NCBI GenBank assembly: GCA_963664405.1 | Contig: OY761158.1 | Location: 1,312,001 to 1,376,000 of the forward strand | Source of the DNA: Thermoanaerobaculia bacterium | GTDB lineage: Bacteria; Acidobacteriota; Thermoanaerobaculia; Multivoradales; Multivoraceae | Direction of reading: 5' to 3' | DNA: 64,000 bases | In this document: one piece after another, positions 9,404 to 18,619 of the stretch | Layout: each line of letters begins with the position of its first letter | How positions within the stretch are numbered: the stretch's first letter is position 1 | Translations under genes and position numbers: made by a program | Notes under the pieces: model-generated | Seen by the model: the letters and a program-made list of their open reading frames with translations, nothing else | Database searches by the model: none | What the model was told of the DNA's origin: nothing

Positions 9404-10873
9404 GTGAAGAGAACGAACCGAAACGCTGCCGCCCTAGCATCCGCGGCACTGTTGAGCTTCGGCGCTGCGGCGGCTGAGCAGGCCAACGTCGTTTTTCTGT
9501 TCGCGGACGACCTCGGCTATGGCAACGTCTCGTCGTACGGGGGCGATGTCCCGACGCCGCATATCGACTCGATCGGACGCAACGGAGTCCGCTTCACCTC
9601 TGGCTACATGACAGCGCCGGTGTGCAATCCCTCGCGCCACGGAATGATCACGGGTCGCTATCAACAGCGCTGGGGCAAAGAGCTGAATTCTCAGACCGAG
9701 ATGCCTGAGGGGCAGACCTCCCGCGGAGACCTACCCCGCGACCAGAAGACCATCGCCGACGGGATGAGGAAGGCCGGCTACCGCACCGGAGCGTTCGGCA
9801 AGTGGCAACTGTCGTGGAGAGACGGCTTCCACCCGCTGGCTCGCGGATTCGACGACTTCGTCGGCATGATCAGCGGCATGTCCCACCTCGACCCCAACTG
9901 GCCAGACGCACATATCGCTCCCCCCGCCGAGCTTCTCGAGCACGCGCCCGAAGACCCCGAAGTGATCGCCTACATCGCGCGGGCGCGAGAGAATCCCTCC
10001 CGAGCGACCGGTCCACCCAAGGGCCTCTTTCGCGGGCGTGAGCCCATCGAGCTCGAAGAGTACTTGACCGATCAGCTGGCGAATGAGGCTGTGGACTTCA
10101 TTGAGCGAAACAAGGATCGACCGTTCTTTCTCTATCTTCCCTTCTACGCCGTGCATTCCCCCCTGCAAGTGACAGACGACTACTACCAGCGGGCTCCGGA
10201 GTACAGGACCGAGACCCGGCGTATCTTTTCCGGAATGATCACCTCCGTCGACGATGCGGTCGGCAGCGTACTCGCGAAGCTGCGAGAAGCCGGCCTCGAA
10301 GAGAAGACACTGGTGATCTTCGCCAGCGACAATGGGGCCCAAGGGGCCCTCGATGTCGAGGAAGTGAACAACAAACCTCTGCTCGGAGGCAAGCGCCATC
10401 TCTACGAAGGCGGCATCCGGATCCCGTTCGTGATGCAGTGGAAAGGTCGTATTCCCGGTGGTCAGACCTACACCCACCCCATCCACTCTCTCGATATCTT
10501 CCCCACCGCCCTCGCCGCCGCCGGCGAGGAGGATGTGGCGCAATACAAGCTTGACGGCGTCAACCTGCTGCCATACCTGGAAGGAAAGAATACCAGCGCG
10601 CCGCACGAGTATCTGTTCTGGCGATCGGCGCACAACAGCGCCGTGCGTCATGGAGATTGGAAGCTCCTGATGAGCGGCTCCGAGATCACGCGCCTCTACA
10701 ATGTGGAGAAGGATCCAGGCGAATCGAAGGACATGTCGTCAGAGCAGCCGGATCTCGTCCGCAAGATGAAGCAGGCGCACAACCGGTGGTCGAAGGAGAT
10801 GGCCGCGCCCAAAGAGTCCTCGCGCGTCGACACGACGCAGTACAACGGTGACGAGATCGAATGGCACATCTAG
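9404..10873 (+). CDS. Secreted S1 sulfatase, copy 4
   Basis: GTG start; signal peptide; ADD, CNPSR, SDNG, YEGG. Confidence 0.92.
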   Translation: MKRTNRNAAALASAALLSFGAAAAEQANVVFLFADDLGYGNVSSYGGDVPTPHIDSIGRNGVRFTSGYMTAPVCNPSRHGMITGRYQQRWGKELNSQTEMPEGQTSRGDLPRDQKTIADGMRKAGYRTGAFGKWQLSWRDGFHPLARGFDDFVGMISGMSHLDPNWPDAHIAPPAELLEHAPEDPEVIAYIARARENPSRATGPPKGLFRGREPIELEEYLTDQLANEAVDFIERNKDRPFFLYLPFYAVHSPLQVTDDYYQRAPEYRTETRRIFSGMITSVDDAVGSVLAKLREAGLEEKTLVIFASDNGAQGALDVEEVNNKPLLGGKRHLYEGGIRIPFVMQWKGRIPGGQTYTHPIHSLDIFPTALAAAGEEDVAQYKLDGVNLLPYLEGKNTSAPHEYLFWRSAHNSAVRHGDWKLLMSGSEITRLYNVEKDPGESKDMSSEQPDLVRKMKQAHNRWSKEMAAPKESSRVDTTQYNGDEIEWHI

Positions 10874-11001
10874 GGCCGGGCGTCCAGAGCACCCCACCTC
10901 GCCGCGTGCTCGTCGCTCGGCTCCGTCGACGCACGCCTCAGTACGCCTCCCTCGCCTCGCTCCTGCGCTGCGACGATCTGGGGCACTCTGAACGCCCGGC
11001 C
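10874..11001. mobile_element. MITE-like element, copy 2
   Basis: TIRs GGCCGGGCGTCCAGAGCACCCCA / TGGGGCACTCTGAACGCCCGGCC (20 of 23 match); interior shared with copy 1. Confidence 0.65.
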
Positions 11002-11067
11002 AAGAGAAGGAAGCGGATTGCGGAAGGCCTAGCATTCTCGAATGGCACATCTAAAGAGGAGATATCC

Positions 11068-12375
11068 GTGATTAAGACACTTCATCGTCCGTTTGTCGCC
11101 GTCCTGGTCGCTCTCTTGGCGGTCTCGACCGGCACTTCTCTTTACGGCGGCGCAGCCGCAGATGTCGCGATAGCCCACGATGTCGGCCTTTCCGCCGAGC
11201 GTCTTCTGCGCATCGACCAGGTGGTCCAGCGCGAAATCGCCGCCAAACACATCACGGGAGCTGTCACCCTGGTGGCACGCCGCGGTCACATCGCGCACTT
11301 CAAGGCCCATGGTCTGATGGACATCGAGTCCGGCAAGGCGATGAAGGAGGACACGATCTTTCGGATCGCGTCGATGACCAAGCCGGTGACCGGAGTCGCC
11401 CTTCTGATGCTCGTCGAAGAGGGTAAGGTACGCCTCTCCGACCCGGTGTCGCGCTTCATCCCGGAGTTCCGCGATACCAAGGTCGCGATACCCATCTCGA
11501 AGCCAGCGCCTAAGGCATCACCGTCGAGGTCGGATTCGGAAAAGGCGAAGCCCGAGATCTATACCGTGCCGGCCGACCGAGAGGTGACGGTGCGAGATCT
11601 GATGACCCACACCTCCGGGCTGGTCAGTGGTGGCGCCGGAGCCGCGGAGGCCAACCTGGTCGCCCCCCGCAAGTCGACCGACAATCTCGCCGGTTGGGCC
11701 GCAGCACTCGGCGCCGCGCCGCTCGATTTCCAGCCGGGGAGCCGGTGGGCCTACAGTGGGCTCGCAGGCATCGACGTCTTGGCCCGCGTAGTCGAAGTGG
11801 CTTCGGGACTGACCTTCGACAACTACCTCAGAGAGCGGATCTTCGAGCCTCTGGGGATGAAAGACACCAGCTTCGTGGTCAGCGAAGACAAGAAACACCG
11901 CCTGGTGACGATCTACCGGAGGACGCCGGAAGGGCTCGATCTGCTCCCGGAACCAGAGTGGGTCGCCACCACGACGCTTTTCTCCGGCGGCGGCGGCCTG
12001 CGGTCGACTGCCCATGACTATGCGCGCTTCGCGATGATGCTGGTCAACAACGGCGAGCTCGACGGTAAGCGCCTGCTGGGGTCGCGGACGGTCGACCTGA
12101 TGGCCTCCAACCACGTGGGTGATCTCTTTGGGAAGCAGCAGCGCACGGGTGGTCGATCGGGGAAGGGCTTCGGGCTTACTGTCGACGTCGTGCTCGATTC
12201 GGTGGCAGCCCAGGAACATCGCTCGACCGGGAGTTTCGGATGGGGCGGCGCCTTCGGCACCAACTTCTGGGTCGACCGCAAAGAAGACATGATCGGAGTA
12301 CTGATGGTCCAAACACCAGGAGGGTCGCTGCGTGCCGACTTCCAGAATGCCGTGATGCAGGCGATCGTCGACTAG
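11068..12375 (+). CDS. Secreted serine hydrolase, beta-lactamase-related (class C/EstB family)
   Basis: GTG after GAGGAG; signal peptide; IASMTKP (SxxK), LMTHTSGL, WGGAFGT. Confidence 0.88.
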   Translation: MIKTLHRPFVAVLVALLAVSTGTSLYGGAAADVAIAHDVGLSAERLLRIDQVVQREIAAKHITGAVTLVARRGHIAHFKAHGLMDIESGKAMKEDTIFRIASMTKPVTGVALLMLVEEGKVRLSDPVSRFIPEFRDTKVAIPISKPAPKASPSRSDSEKAKPEIYTVPADREVTVRDLMTHTSGLVSGGAGAAEANLVAPRKSTDNLAGWAAALGAAPLDFQPGSRWAYSGLAGIDVLARVVEVASGLTFDNYLRERIFEPLGMKDTSFVVSEDKKHRLVTIYRRTPEGLDLLPEPEWVATTTLFSGGGGLRSTAHDYARFAMMLVNNGELDGKRLLGSRTVDLMASNHVGDLFGKQQRTGGRSGKGFGLTVDVVLDSVAAQEHRSTGSFGWGGAFGTNFWVDRKEDMIGVLMVQTPGGSLRADFQNAVMQAIVD

Positions 12376-12459
12376 GACATGCGCCGCTTTTACGTTTCTT
12401 ACAGAATCCTTACCCCTAGCTGAAGACGCCGAGTCCCCGGCTGGGTAGGATTCCGAGCT

Positions 12460-14559
12460 ATGAGCGCTAGAACCCGGACCAGGTCGTCGACGAGCGGGGC
12501 CACGCTCCGCAGCGCCACCCTCCTTCTGGCGCTCTCCCTAGGCGCCCTGCGCACGAGCGCCGGCGAGCTTGCTCTGCCCTGGAGCGAGGCCGGCCTCTCT
12601 GAGCGCCAAGCTGCCGCCCACCTGCTGGACCGCTTCGCTTTCGGCGCCCGACCGGGTGAGGTCGACCAAGTCGTAGAGATGGGCCTCGAGGCCTGGCTCG
12701 AGCAACAGCTAGCGGCCGACCTGCCCGATCCGGTCGTCGAGGCACGACTCGAAGGCTTTCACACCCTGGGCATGTCAGCGATCGAGCTGAAGCGAACCTA
12801 TCCGATCTTCTTTCGAATCCGTCGCCAGGCTGAGCAAGCCGGCGTCATCTCCCCCTCTCAAGAACCCGTCCCAGGGAGCGGGGCGCCCTCGGGTATGGCC
12901 GCGGGCCAGACCGCCGGATCCGCCAGACCGAACCGGGCCGAAATGCGAAAGATCTTCGAGTTCGCCGACAACCGTGGCTACCGGCCGCTCCCCGAGCTGA
13001 CCGATGAGCTCACCAGTCAGAAGCTCTACCGCGCGCTCTACTCCGAGAACCAACTCCGTGAAGTGCTGACCGATTTCTGGTTCAACCACTTCAATGTGTC
13101 GATAACAGACACCGACGCGCGGCCCTACGTAGTCGCGTACGAGCGGGACGCAATCCGACCGAAAGTGTTGGGGAGCTTTGAGGAGTTGCTAGTGGCCACC
13201 GCTCAGCACCCGGCGATGCTCGAGTATCTGGACAACACCAACTCGGTGGCCAACGAGGGAACGAAGACACTGGAACGACCCCAGTCAGGGCGCCGGGCGA
13301 TGGGGCGCGGAGGCATGCAGGGTTTCGGAGGCCGAGGTGGCCCGGCGGCCGGACTGGGCCGCGACACCCGCGGCAGCGGCGGGATGGCGGGCAGCGGCGG
13401 TCTCCCCAACGATCCTGAGCTCCGCCGCATTATCGAAGAGCGGCGCCCACGGGGTCTCAACGAAAACTATGCACGCGAGCTGATGGAGCTCCACACCTTA
13501 GGGGTCGACGGCGGTTATTCGCAAACGGACGTCATCGAGACCGCCAGAGCGTTCACTGGCTGGACGACGTACCCGGAGGGACCTCGAGGCGATGTGCTCA
13601 AAGCACGCGCATCCAGACTCCGCCCGGGCGAGCCGACCAACGGTTTCGTGTTCGGGGAGTCGTTCTTGTTTCGACCTGATGCACACGACGCCGAGAAGAA
13701 GACGATCCTCGGGCGGAAATACCCCGCCGGCCACGGCGTGGAAGAAGGGCTTCGGGTACTCGAGACGCTGTCGAATCATCCCTCTACAGCACGGCAGATC
13801 GCAGGCAAGCTCGCCGTCCGCTTCGTTTCCGATCAACCTTCAGAGAGCCTGGTCGATCGCCTCGCGGACCGCTTCATCGCGACCGGAGGGGACCTGGCGC
13901 AGATGGTTCTAGCTGTTGCTGAGTCTCCCGAGTTTTGGAGCTCGGAGTCGCGGCGCAGCAAGATCAAGTCGCCCTTCGAGCTCGCGGTCTCTGCGCTCCG
14001 TGGCCTCGGGGCCGAGGTCGAACATCCATACGCGGTGATCGAGTGGGTCGAGAAGATGGGCCAACCGCTATACGCCTTTCAGGCGCCCACCGGATATCCC
14101 GATCGGGCCGACGCCTGGGTGAACACCGGCGCACTTCTCGCCCGGATGAACTTCGGGCTGCAGCTGGCGACGAAGCGCATTCCCGGCGTGCACTTCGAGT
14201 TGGCAGCGCTCAACGAGAATCGAGAACCGGAGACTCCGACCGGAGCGCTCGAGACCTATCTCGGACTCTTAGTGCCGGGCCGAGACTCCTCCGAGACGAG
14301 AAGGCAGTTGGCCTCGGTGATCGCCGACCCCGAGCTCGCCACCAAGATCGAGGCGGCCGCGGCGGAGAGCTCGCCCGCTCCCCAGAGCAACGAAGCTCGG
14401 ATGGCGGCGCGCCGGAATGAGCGTCCATCGCCGGGCCAGGGCGGCGGACGAGGCGGCTGGTATCGGCGGCCCCATATCGCGCCAGTTGCGCCGGACACGA
14501 GCACTCTCGCTCACGTGGTTGGGGTCATTCTCGGGTCCCCCGAGTACCAGAGACGGTAG
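12460..14559 (+). CDS. DUF1800 family secreted protein
   Basis: HLLDRFAFG, FWFNHFNV, NENYARELMELHTLG, SPEYQRR; paired with DUF1501. Confidence 0.9.
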   Translation: MSARTRTRSSTSGATLRSATLLLALSLGALRTSAGELALPWSEAGLSERQAAAHLLDRFAFGARPGEVDQVVEMGLEAWLEQQLAADLPDPVVEARLEGFHTLGMSAIELKRTYPIFFRIRRQAEQAGVISPSQEPVPGSGAPSGMAAGQTAGSARPNRAEMRKIFEFADNRGYRPLPELTDELTSQKLYRALYSENQLREVLTDFWFNHFNVSITDTDARPYVVAYERDAIRPKVLGSFEELLVATAQHPAMLEYLDNTNSVANEGTKTLERPQSGRRAMGRGGMQGFGGRGGPAAGLGRDTRGSGGMAGSGGLPNDPELRRIIEERRPRGLNENYARELMELHTLGVDGGYSQTDVIETARAFTGWTTYPEGPRGDVLKARASRLRPGEPTNGFVFGESFLFRPDAHDAEKKTILGRKYPAGHGVEEGLRVLETLSNHPSTARQIAGKLAVRFVSDQPSESLVDRLADRFIATGGDLAQMVLAVAESPEFWSSESRRSKIKSPFELAVSALRGLGAEVEHPYAVIEWVEKMGQPLYAFQAPTGYPDRADAWVNTGALLARMNFGLQLATKRIPGVHFELAALNENREPETPTGALETYLGLLVPGRDSSETRRQLASVIADPELATKIEAAAAESSPAPQSNEARMAARRNERPSPGQGGGRGGWYRRPHIAPVAPDTSTLAHVVGVILGSPEYQRR

Positions 14560-14574
14560 AGAAGGAGCTGCAAA

Positions 14575-15846
14575 ATGATTGATCGAAGAGCCTTCCTCAA
14601 AGCGAGTGGCCTCAGTGTGGTCACCTTCGGCGCTGGGCCTGAGTTTCTTACTCGTGCCGCTCTCGCCGCCGAGGAGCCCGGCCATTGGGGTCGCCAAAAG
14701 ACCCTGGTGACGATCTTTCAGCGCGGCGCGATGGATGCCCTGATGGCGGTGCCACCTCTCGATCCAGCCTCAGAGAAAGTGCTCAAAAAACTGCGACCGA
14801 GGCTGGCGATGTCCGCGGCGCGGAGCGCCGGAGAAGGGCAGATTGTCGATCTCGAGTCGGGGTTTGGGCTGCACCCGGCGTTTGGAGAGCTGCACTCCTT
14901 GTGGAAGGACCGGAGACTGACGATCGTCCACGCCGTGGGATCACCCGACCCGACGCGATCTCACTTCGACGCTCAGGACTATATGGAGACCGCAACCCCG
15001 GGTCGCAAGGGAACCCCTTCGGGTTGGCTCAACCGAGCGGTCGGGGAGCTCGGCCACGAGGGAAGCCCTTTTCGAGCGGTCGCGATGACCTCGGCGATGC
15101 CTCGCTCGCTCTACGGTGAGCAGTCGGCGGTAGCCGTGACCGACCTCGCGAGCTTCAGGGTCAACATACCCGGTGCGAGCCGAGCCGCCTCTGTTGTGGG
15201 ACAGGGCTTCGAGGCCCTTTACGGAGACGCCTCTCAGGACCTGTTGCGAGACGCGGGCCGAGACACTTTCGAGGCGACCGAGATGCTGCAGCGCCTCGAC
15301 GTCTCGGCCTACCGACCGGCCCGGGATGCTCGATATCCCCGATCGCCGTTGGGAGATGCCCTGAAGCAGATTGCGTTCCTGGTGAAGTCGAAGGTGGGCC
15401 TGGAGGTGGCCTTTGCCGAGTCGCTCGGTTGGGACACCCACATCCAGCAGGGGGCTCAGTTCGGTTCCTTCTCCCAGCGATCACAGGACCTTGCGGCCGC
15501 CATCGCGGCCTTCTGGACCGACCTCGGGTCCCATCAGGATGACGTGGTGGTGATGACCATGACCGAGTTCGGACGGACGGTTAGAGAGAACGGGTCGGCT
15601 GGTACCGATCATGGCCACGGCTCCTGCCTCTTTGTCCTCGGCAACGACGTCGCCGGCGGCAGGGTCCATGGCGAGCTCCCCGGCCTCGACCCCGATGTGC
15701 TCTACGAAGGCAGGGATCTACCTGTCACCACAGACTTTCGCTCGGTATTCTCGGAGGTAGCGGCGAAACATCTGGGAGTCACCAACAGGGCGACGCTCTT
15801 CCCCGGTTGGCAGGGTGAGCCGATTCCGCTGTGGCGCAAGGCCTGA
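14575..15846 (+). CDS. DUF1501 family Tat-exported protein
   Basis: DRRAFLK Tat motif; RSHFDAQ, GWDTH, TEFGRT, GTDHG. Confidence 0.9.
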   Translation: MIDRRAFLKASGLSVVTFGAGPEFLTRAALAAEEPGHWGRQKTLVTIFQRGAMDALMAVPPLDPASEKVLKKLRPRLAMSAARSAGEGQIVDLESGFGLHPAFGELHSLWKDRRLTIVHAVGSPDPTRSHFDAQDYMETATPGRKGTPSGWLNRAVGELGHEGSPFRAVAMTSAMPRSLYGEQSAVAVTDLASFRVNIPGASRAASVVGQGFEALYGDASQDLLRDAGRDTFEATEMLQRLDVSAYRPARDARYPRSPLGDALKQIAFLVKSKVGLEVAFAESLGWDTHIQQGAQFGSFSQRSQDLAAAIAAFWTDLGSHQDDVVVMTMTEFGRTVRENGSAGTDHGHGSCLFVLGNDVAGGRVHGELPGLDPDVLYEGRDLPVTTDFRSVFSEVAAKHLGVTNRATLFPGWQGEPIPLWRKA

Positions 15847-15961
15847 TTCGGTCGAAGCAACTGGGACTTGACCAGGGAGTGGCCGTAGGTCTCGAGATCG
15901 TTGTTGCGGTCGTCGATGGCGGGGTAAGATGCCCCCGCTCAAAACCACTAGGGGGGATTCG

Positions 15962-17629
15962 ATGAACGCCGCTTTCGTCGCAGCTATAGTCCTTGTGCTC
16001 TTCGTGCTGGCATACCGGTACTACTCCGGCTTTCTGACCCGGAAGATCTTCAAGCTCAGCGCCGACGAGCCGGTCCCGGCTCGGGAGCTCGAAGACGGCT
16101 TCGACTTCGTTCCGACCCGCGCCACCGTCTTGTGGGGCCACCACTTCACCTCGATCGCGGGCGCCGCCCCAATCGTCGGCCCCGCCCTCGCGGTCATCTG
16201 GGGCTGGGTCCCGGCCCTCATCTGGGTCGTCATCGGCACCATCGCGATGGGCGCGGTTCATGACTTCTCGGCGCTGGTCATCAGCCTGCGCCACCAGGGA
16301 CGCTCGATCGGCGACATCACCGGCGATGTCATCGGGCCGCGCGCCCGCACCTTCTTCATGCTGATCATCGTGGTGCTGATCTGGATCGTTCTCGCTGTCT
16401 TCGCGTTCATCATCGGCACCCTCTTCGTCAGTTATCCCGCCGCCATCTTCCCGATCAACGTCCAGATCGTGGTCGCCGTGACCCTGGGCTGGCTGATCTA
16501 TCGCCGTGGTATTCCGCTGCTGGCGCCTTCGCTGGTTGCCTTCGCGGTTCTCTTGGTCGCCGTCTTCTTCGGCCAGACGGTGGCCGACGCCTTCCCAGCG
16601 CTCACCGAGATCCCCGTAAGCGGCTGGGTGTGGATCCTGATGATCTACTCCTTCATCGCTTCTGTTCTGCCGGTGTGGCTACTGCTGCAGCCGCGCGACT
16701 ACCTCAATTCCCATCAACTGATCACCGGCCTCACCCTCCTCATCATCGGGCTTTTCGTCCTCCAGCCGACGATCGCCGCGCCGGCGTTCAATCTCAAGCC
16801 TGAAGGCTCGCCCCCCCTGCTGCCCTTCTTGTTCATCACTATCGCCTGCGGCGCGATCTCCGGCTTTCACGGCCTCGTCTCGTCCGGAACAACGTCGAAG
16901 CAGATCGCCTGCATGACCGACGCACGCCCGATCGGCTATGGCGGGATGCTGGGCGAGGGAGCCCTGGCGATGTTGGCGGTGATGGCGACGACGGCGGGCT
17001 TTGCCACTCGCGCCGAGTGGTCCTCGCACTACGCCAGCTGGGGGGCGGCAGGCAGTCTGTCGAAGAAGCTCGAGGCCTTTGTCAACGGCGGCGCCCGCTT
17101 TGTTTCCGAACTCGGCATACCGGTCGAGCTCGCGGCGACCTTCATCGCCGTCATGGTGGTCGCGTTCGCTGCCACCACCCTCGATACAGGGGCGCGCATC
17201 CTGCGTCTCGTGATCGTCGAGCTCGCCACTTCGAGCGGCTTCAAACCACTGCAGAATCGCTTCGCCGCCGCCGGGCTCGGAGTCGGCGCAGCACTTCTGC
17301 TTGCGGTCACCCAGGCGGGCGGGCAGGGCGGGCTCGCTCTGTGGCCACTCTTCGGAACTACGAATCAGCTCACGGCTGCCGCGACTCTGCTGGTCGTATC
17401 GCTCTGGCTCCGCCAGCGCAAGGCCAATTTTCTCTATACCCTGGTGCCGGCGGCTTTCGTCGGTGTCGTCACCATCGGAGCCATGGTGCGCGAGGTGGTC
17501 GGTCACCTCAACGGTGGAAATTACCTTCTGTTGGTCGTGGGCTCGGTGATTCTGCTTCTCGACCTGTGGGTGATGCTCGAAGGCATCCGTCTCTTTTCGA
17601 AGCCAGCGATTCCAGCGCCCACGGCTTGA
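15962..17629 (+). CDS. cstA: Carbon starvation protein A (peptide/pyruvate transporter)
   Basis: GHHFTSIAGAAPIVGP, IACGAISGFH, LWPLFGTTNQL; multi-TM. Confidence 0.92.
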   Translation: MNAAFVAAIVLVLFVLAYRYYSGFLTRKIFKLSADEPVPARELEDGFDFVPTRATVLWGHHFTSIAGAAPIVGPALAVIWGWVPALIWVVIGTIAMGAVHDFSALVISLRHQGRSIGDITGDVIGPRARTFFMLIIVVLIWIVLAVFAFIIGTLFVSYPAAIFPINVQIVVAVTLGWLIYRRGIPLLAPSLVAFAVLLVAVFFGQTVADAFPALTEIPVSGWVWILMIYSFIASVLPVWLLLQPRDYLNSHQLITGLTLLIIGLFVLQPTIAAPAFNLKPEGSPPLLPFLFITIACGAISGFHGLVSSGTTSKQIACMTDARPIGYGGMLGEGALAMLAVMATTAGFATRAEWSSHYASWGAAGSLSKKLEAFVNGGARFVSELGIPVELAATFIAVMVVAFAATTLDTGARILRLVIVELATSSGFKPLQNRFAAAGLGVGAALLLAVTQAGGQGGLALWPLFGTTNQLTAAATLLVVSLWLRQRKANFLYTLVPAAFVGVVTIGAMVREVVGHLNGGNYLLLVVGSVILLLDLWVMLEGIRLFSKPAIPAPTA

Positions 17630-17635
17630 GCCAGC

Positions 17636-18607
17636 TCAGCCGGTGCCATCGGGAACCCGACTCTCTTCTCCTACCGGGCCCCAACTCGGGTCTCTGGTCC
17701 TCTCGCTCCAGGAAATGAGCGCCCGACGTGGCCAGACCGCCAGATGTACATCCGGTCGGTAAGTGCCTTCCTGGTACAGCCTACGCCTCGTTCCCGACTT
17801 GAGGGTAGCCAGGTGATCCATGAGCGCGTCGCGGCGGACAAAGAACGTTGCGCCTCCATTCTCCGAAGGGAGCTGGCGGACGAAAGCAATCCGAGGACTG
17901 ATTCGCGGGATCTCAGGATCCACCTGCCAAGATTCACCGTCCAACGCCTTCAGACTCGAATTGAGAGCAAGCAGATCCGCAGCACGGTGGTGGGTGAGGT
18001 GCCACTCTTCCTCATCCAAGCGGCGAAGAACGAGACTATGCTCATGCCCCCTCACCAGCGGACCCCAGCCGTGCATCCGAAAGACGATAAAGGCCAGGCC
18101 GCGGATTCGTTGGCGGGGAGCGCCCCCGAGAACCGCAGACACGTGGGTGCGGGGTAGCCTTTCGGCGTAAAGCCCACCGAGGGGAAGGAGCTTCCAGCTG
18201 ACGATGGAAAGCTCCTTGAGAAAGTCGTCGTTCGACAGGCGGTAGAAGTCGTCGTCGCGCTCTTCCAGCTCGGCCAGGATCCGTCTCAGCTCCTGGTGTT
18301 GAAGGGCCAGGACGCTGCGCGGGACCCTGAGGCGACAGTCGACGAGATCTACGTCTCGCAACAATCGGGTCAATGCGTGGCGATTGAAGGCGGCCTCCCT
18401 CGCCGGGGAGCCCTCTATGAGCGCTCGACTCGCCCTCTCCAGCTCTGGCGGAACTTCGCGGTAACGGGTCTCGAGGGGCCGACGCATCAACTCAACGTAT
18501 GCGTCGAGGGTGGGCACCTCCCCAACAGGGCCGCTGATCGTCTCCGCACGCCGCCGTGATTCCTCGGCAAGGAATCCCGCCCGTTGCTTCGACTCGTCAG
18601 ATAGCAC
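17636..18607 (-). CDS. Hypothetical protein
   Basis: 323-aa ORF filling the gap 12 nt downstream of the carboxylase on the same strand; no family recognised. Confidence 0.6.
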   Translation of the reverse strand: MLSDESKQRAGFLAEESRRRAETISGPVGEVPTLDAYVELMRRPLETRYREVPPELERASRALIEGSPAREAAFNRHALTRLLRDVDLVDCRLRVPRSVLALQHQELRRILAELEERDDDFYRLSNDDFLKELSIVSWKLLPLGGLYAERLPRTHVSAVLGGAPRQRIRGLAFIVFRMHGWGPLVRGHEHSLVLRRLDEEEWHLTHHRAADLLALNSSLKALDGESWQVDPEIPRISPRIAFVRQLPSENGGATFFVRRDALMDHLATLKSGTRRRLYQEGTYRPDVHLAVWPRRALISWSERTRDPSWGPVGEESRVPDGTG

Positions 18608-18619
18608 AGAGACTCACGG

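Noticed and set aside
10861-11067. N-terminal extension of the serine hydrolase in the ORF track
   Set aside because: Reads through the MITE; an RBS and signal peptide support GTG 11068
12388-12415. Three TTAC direct repeats upstream of DUF1800 as an OmpR-family binding site
   Set aside because: Spacing is irregular (9 and 11 nt), the motif is short, and no cognate regulator is nearby
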